Assembly (NCBI GenBank): GCA_045595165.1 | Contig: JAZNZY010000005.1 | Location: 22,945-86,944 of the forward strand | Direction of reading: 5' to 3' | DNA length: 64,000 nt | Source of the DNA: Eubacteriales bacterium | Lineage (GTDB): Bacteria; Bacillota; Clostridia; Oscillospirales; CAG-382 | Part shown: piece after piece, positions 63,001 through 64,000 of the stretch | How the letters are laid out: each line of letters starts with the position of its first letter | How positions within the stretch are numbered: position 1 is the stretch's first letter | Translations under genes and position numbers: made by a program | The notes under the pieces: model-generated | Told to the model about the DNA's origin: nothing | Databases searched by the model: none | Seen by the model: the letters and a program-made list of their open reading frames with translations, nothing else

Positions 63001-64000
63001 AACGAGGGTTTCGCCGTCGATTACCCAGTTATATGCAAATTCGAAATCGCCTTCTGTCGACTGCCATTTGCCGTTTTCGCCAGATACTACAGTGTATCCT
63101 TCGGGATAAGTAACTTCGGGAGCTGCTTCAACAGTGAAGCCTGCATTTTCAAGAGCTACTGCGGTGCCGGTGTGGCTTTCAAGAGCATCAACGTTGTAGA
63201 GAGTAATGGTATCGCCAACGTTGATAGCGTCCATAACCTCGTGACCTGCCTTGTTTGCGTTGTAAATAACTGCAAACTGACCTGCTGCGATGGTAAGATC
63301 GGTCTTAATGCCGTTGGGACCCTCTGCGGGTTCTCTGCCGAGAGTGAGGTAAACAGCTACTACGGTGCCGTCGCCATCACAAACAGCAACCTTACAGTAG
63401 TTAAGGTCCTTAACCTGACCGAGATACTTGTTAACGAGTGCGCCGAGAGTCATATCAGCTTCGGCATAAGCAACCATGCTGTGTGCAGCGTGGATATAGC
63501 CGAGATATTCGATTTCTACTGCGCCTTCGGGAAGCTCGGGAGCTGCTGCGGGAGCGGTAGCAACCATGTGCTTAGCCGCAGAAGGATCAACATTTGTATC
63601 GATAGCGAAAGACTCTTCAAGAGTAAAGTCTACAAGCTCAAAGGTGTAGCCAAGGAGTACGCCGTCGTCAACCTTAGCCCAGTCAGAATTATCGCTGTAA
63701 ACATAGTAGAGGAATCCGCCTGCGGGAACGGGGGTGGTGTGACATTCGTCAACGTTCTTGTAATGTTCGGTAGCGACATACTCGCCATCAACATTTTCAA
63801 TAACGTACATATTCCACCACTTGATGTTAGCACCATAGGTAGGAATAACATCAGCAACAGTCTGGCCGTCGCCGGTGATAACCATTCCTTCAAAGGTGCC
63901 CCAGTTATACAAATTGTGGTGAGACACGAGAAGCTCGATTCCTTCGTCTGCGGCAACGGGAATTACAAACGTTGCGAACAGAGAAAGTACCATGCAGAGT
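60025..64000 (-). CDS. large secreted dockerin-bearing protein (more than 1322 aa); 5' end is outside the window
   Basis: C-terminal type-I dockerin duplicated segments DVNLNGEIDATDYAILRK and DVNGDGKVNARDYYLVKR. The reading frame stays open to 64000 (..LCMVLSLFATFVIPVAA|DEG looks like the end of a signal peptide). Contains three copies of a ~130-aa module with an (I/V)P.GGF core. Confidence 0.85.
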   Translation of the reverse strand, partial: LCMVLSLFATFVIPVAADEGIELLVSHHNLYNWGTFEGMVITGDGQTVADVIPTYGANIKWWNMYVIENVDGEYVATEHYKNVDECHTTPVPAGGFLYYVYSDNSDWAKVDDGVLLGYTFELVDFTLEESFAIDTNVDPSAAKHMVATAPAAAPELPEGAVEIEYLGYIHAAHSMVAYAEADMTLGALVNKYLGQVKDLNYCKVAVCDGDGTVVAVYLTLGREPAEGPNGIKTDLTIAAGQFAVIYNANKAGHEVMDAINVGDTITLYNVDALESHTGTAVALENAGFTVEAAPEVTYPEGYTVVSGENGKWQSTEGDFEFAYNWVIDGETLVVDVIVTDDLVSVAETTTSANGIGTNVRLWINYGAEKWDALYDGFILNDVVSIYSKTSAGVVGTEGTIALADNTFTFTLPLAEVSGGNEEFQFTICVSNTDADGNNNACLYAPCDTFAWSAWDSANAHTVTWEVPEAPVSGISVPEDIQLFEAPYAGVDVLVDGETAEGKFGCFDGNQAYLVAVMNNNAEANVWDVTIALDEETTFNTVTVYYWDEANSCIHMPTSTTVTVNGKTYTVENTTESVVGEDGKVHAVVIDLGEDVTASSYTVSSTMAADQTYFFNMMTEIAVSYVEVPALPFEDGDNVVITYPADNLAISAEEDVYNNKYRLAGTDVANGAVFTVDITDDGIYFICNGKYLTSGATGNNLTLEDEASEYSLWVLEEAENGWYIKNVNAAYNGSAQYIEYYYAFTTYGFNASKADIYTFQFDVQEAPALNEVDGGELPAHNPRVNGALSVPANTAVTYTVAFENGANFNLWDENVTVLVNGEALEMGMLGYVAILAKGDTLTIVNAGAEAIDTYPSISAVILGTYSNPIVLDELGDITANLTADNLDGAVHYVYTATANGTLTITMPEDAWTYVVHNITAGTYGDTQWCDSEDSSATTSLEVSEGDQIMIIVAPYDVENQMNVPGELTFNAAFEANVVVSQVVENFNHADWNTGINTFHAAYIFTDAEIYAGVGMEWWYHVSFAPTANGGYVVVEVAAPGSEGAKNNSLVIPEGGFVWVAWTSSEEGYGASSGAYAKAIMSGLKAGDIVLFNGLDIANCTTTADASATVLAPAADMDLLVSHNYNYSWHCFETQIISGLVPDAPKTAGDAPNMAGYVQDADILYIVENVGGAYLVTGVVGGKDAILATEIPEGGFLYYVTSNCTGYDAICHGELIGKYLLLGDIDLATTFAIDTSKDTAYTMKAVSGFGKGDVNLNGEIDATDYAILRKLVLGTITAEDLGDVAYGVADVNGDGKVNARDYYLVKRAFLGTYVIPGWEVEEDEAE

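Noticed and set aside
63991-63993. ATG at 63993 as the true start of the dockerin protein
   Set aside because: The frame stays open to the window edge. The residues around this ATG (..LCMVLSLFATFVIPVAA) look like the middle of a signal peptide, so the real start is outside the window.

Overview
This 64-kb chromosomal window comes from a spore-forming Clostridia-type Firmicute. AddAB, SpoIIR, SpoIID and SpoIIQ-like genes plus a dockerin-bearing surface protein suggest a Ruminococcus/Oscillospiraceae-like organism, but the taxon is inference only. I call about 58 protein genes and one tRNA-Leu(CAA). I see no rRNA, CRISPR array, transposase, integrase or phage genes.

Gene content, in order:
- uvrC-rsmD-coaD, then ptsH.
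- The ylxM-ffh-rpsP-KH-rimM-trmD ribosome/SRP operon, which runs directly into three envelope genes.
- A ClpA-like unfoldase.
- spoIIR-addB-addA.
- A SpoIID / SpoIID-like / SpoIIQ-like cluster.
- An ABC uptake system, a ZIP transporter, a Ca-type P-ATPase and a cation/H+ antiporter.
- A nagA/ROK sugar operon that includes a TIM-barrel/Gfo-Idh-MocA fusion.
- A MarR-controlled ABC exporter pair.
- A GT8/acyltransferase trio.
- A protein of more than 1320 aa carrying a dockerin.

The most unusual signals are non-coding:
1. A single-gene cassette (43562-45299) is bracketed by ~260-bp structured inverted repeats. These fill the whole gap between two convergent genes.
2. A mirror-organised array of eight ~22-nt mini-hairpins lies next to tRNA-Leu (28361-28573).
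3. A dispersed GGGGTCCCC-hairpin (REP/MITE-like) family has compensatory stem changes.
4. A two-gene XRE/membrane module is flanked by ~45-bp direct repeats that include a duplicated terminator.

Protein-level candidates are a Cys-rich membrane protein translationally coupled to a minimal glycyl-radical-activase-like radical SAM enzyme, and the sugar operon whose domain set resembles 3-keto-glycoside toolkits.

All functional calls rest on motifs I read in the supplied translations. No searches were run.
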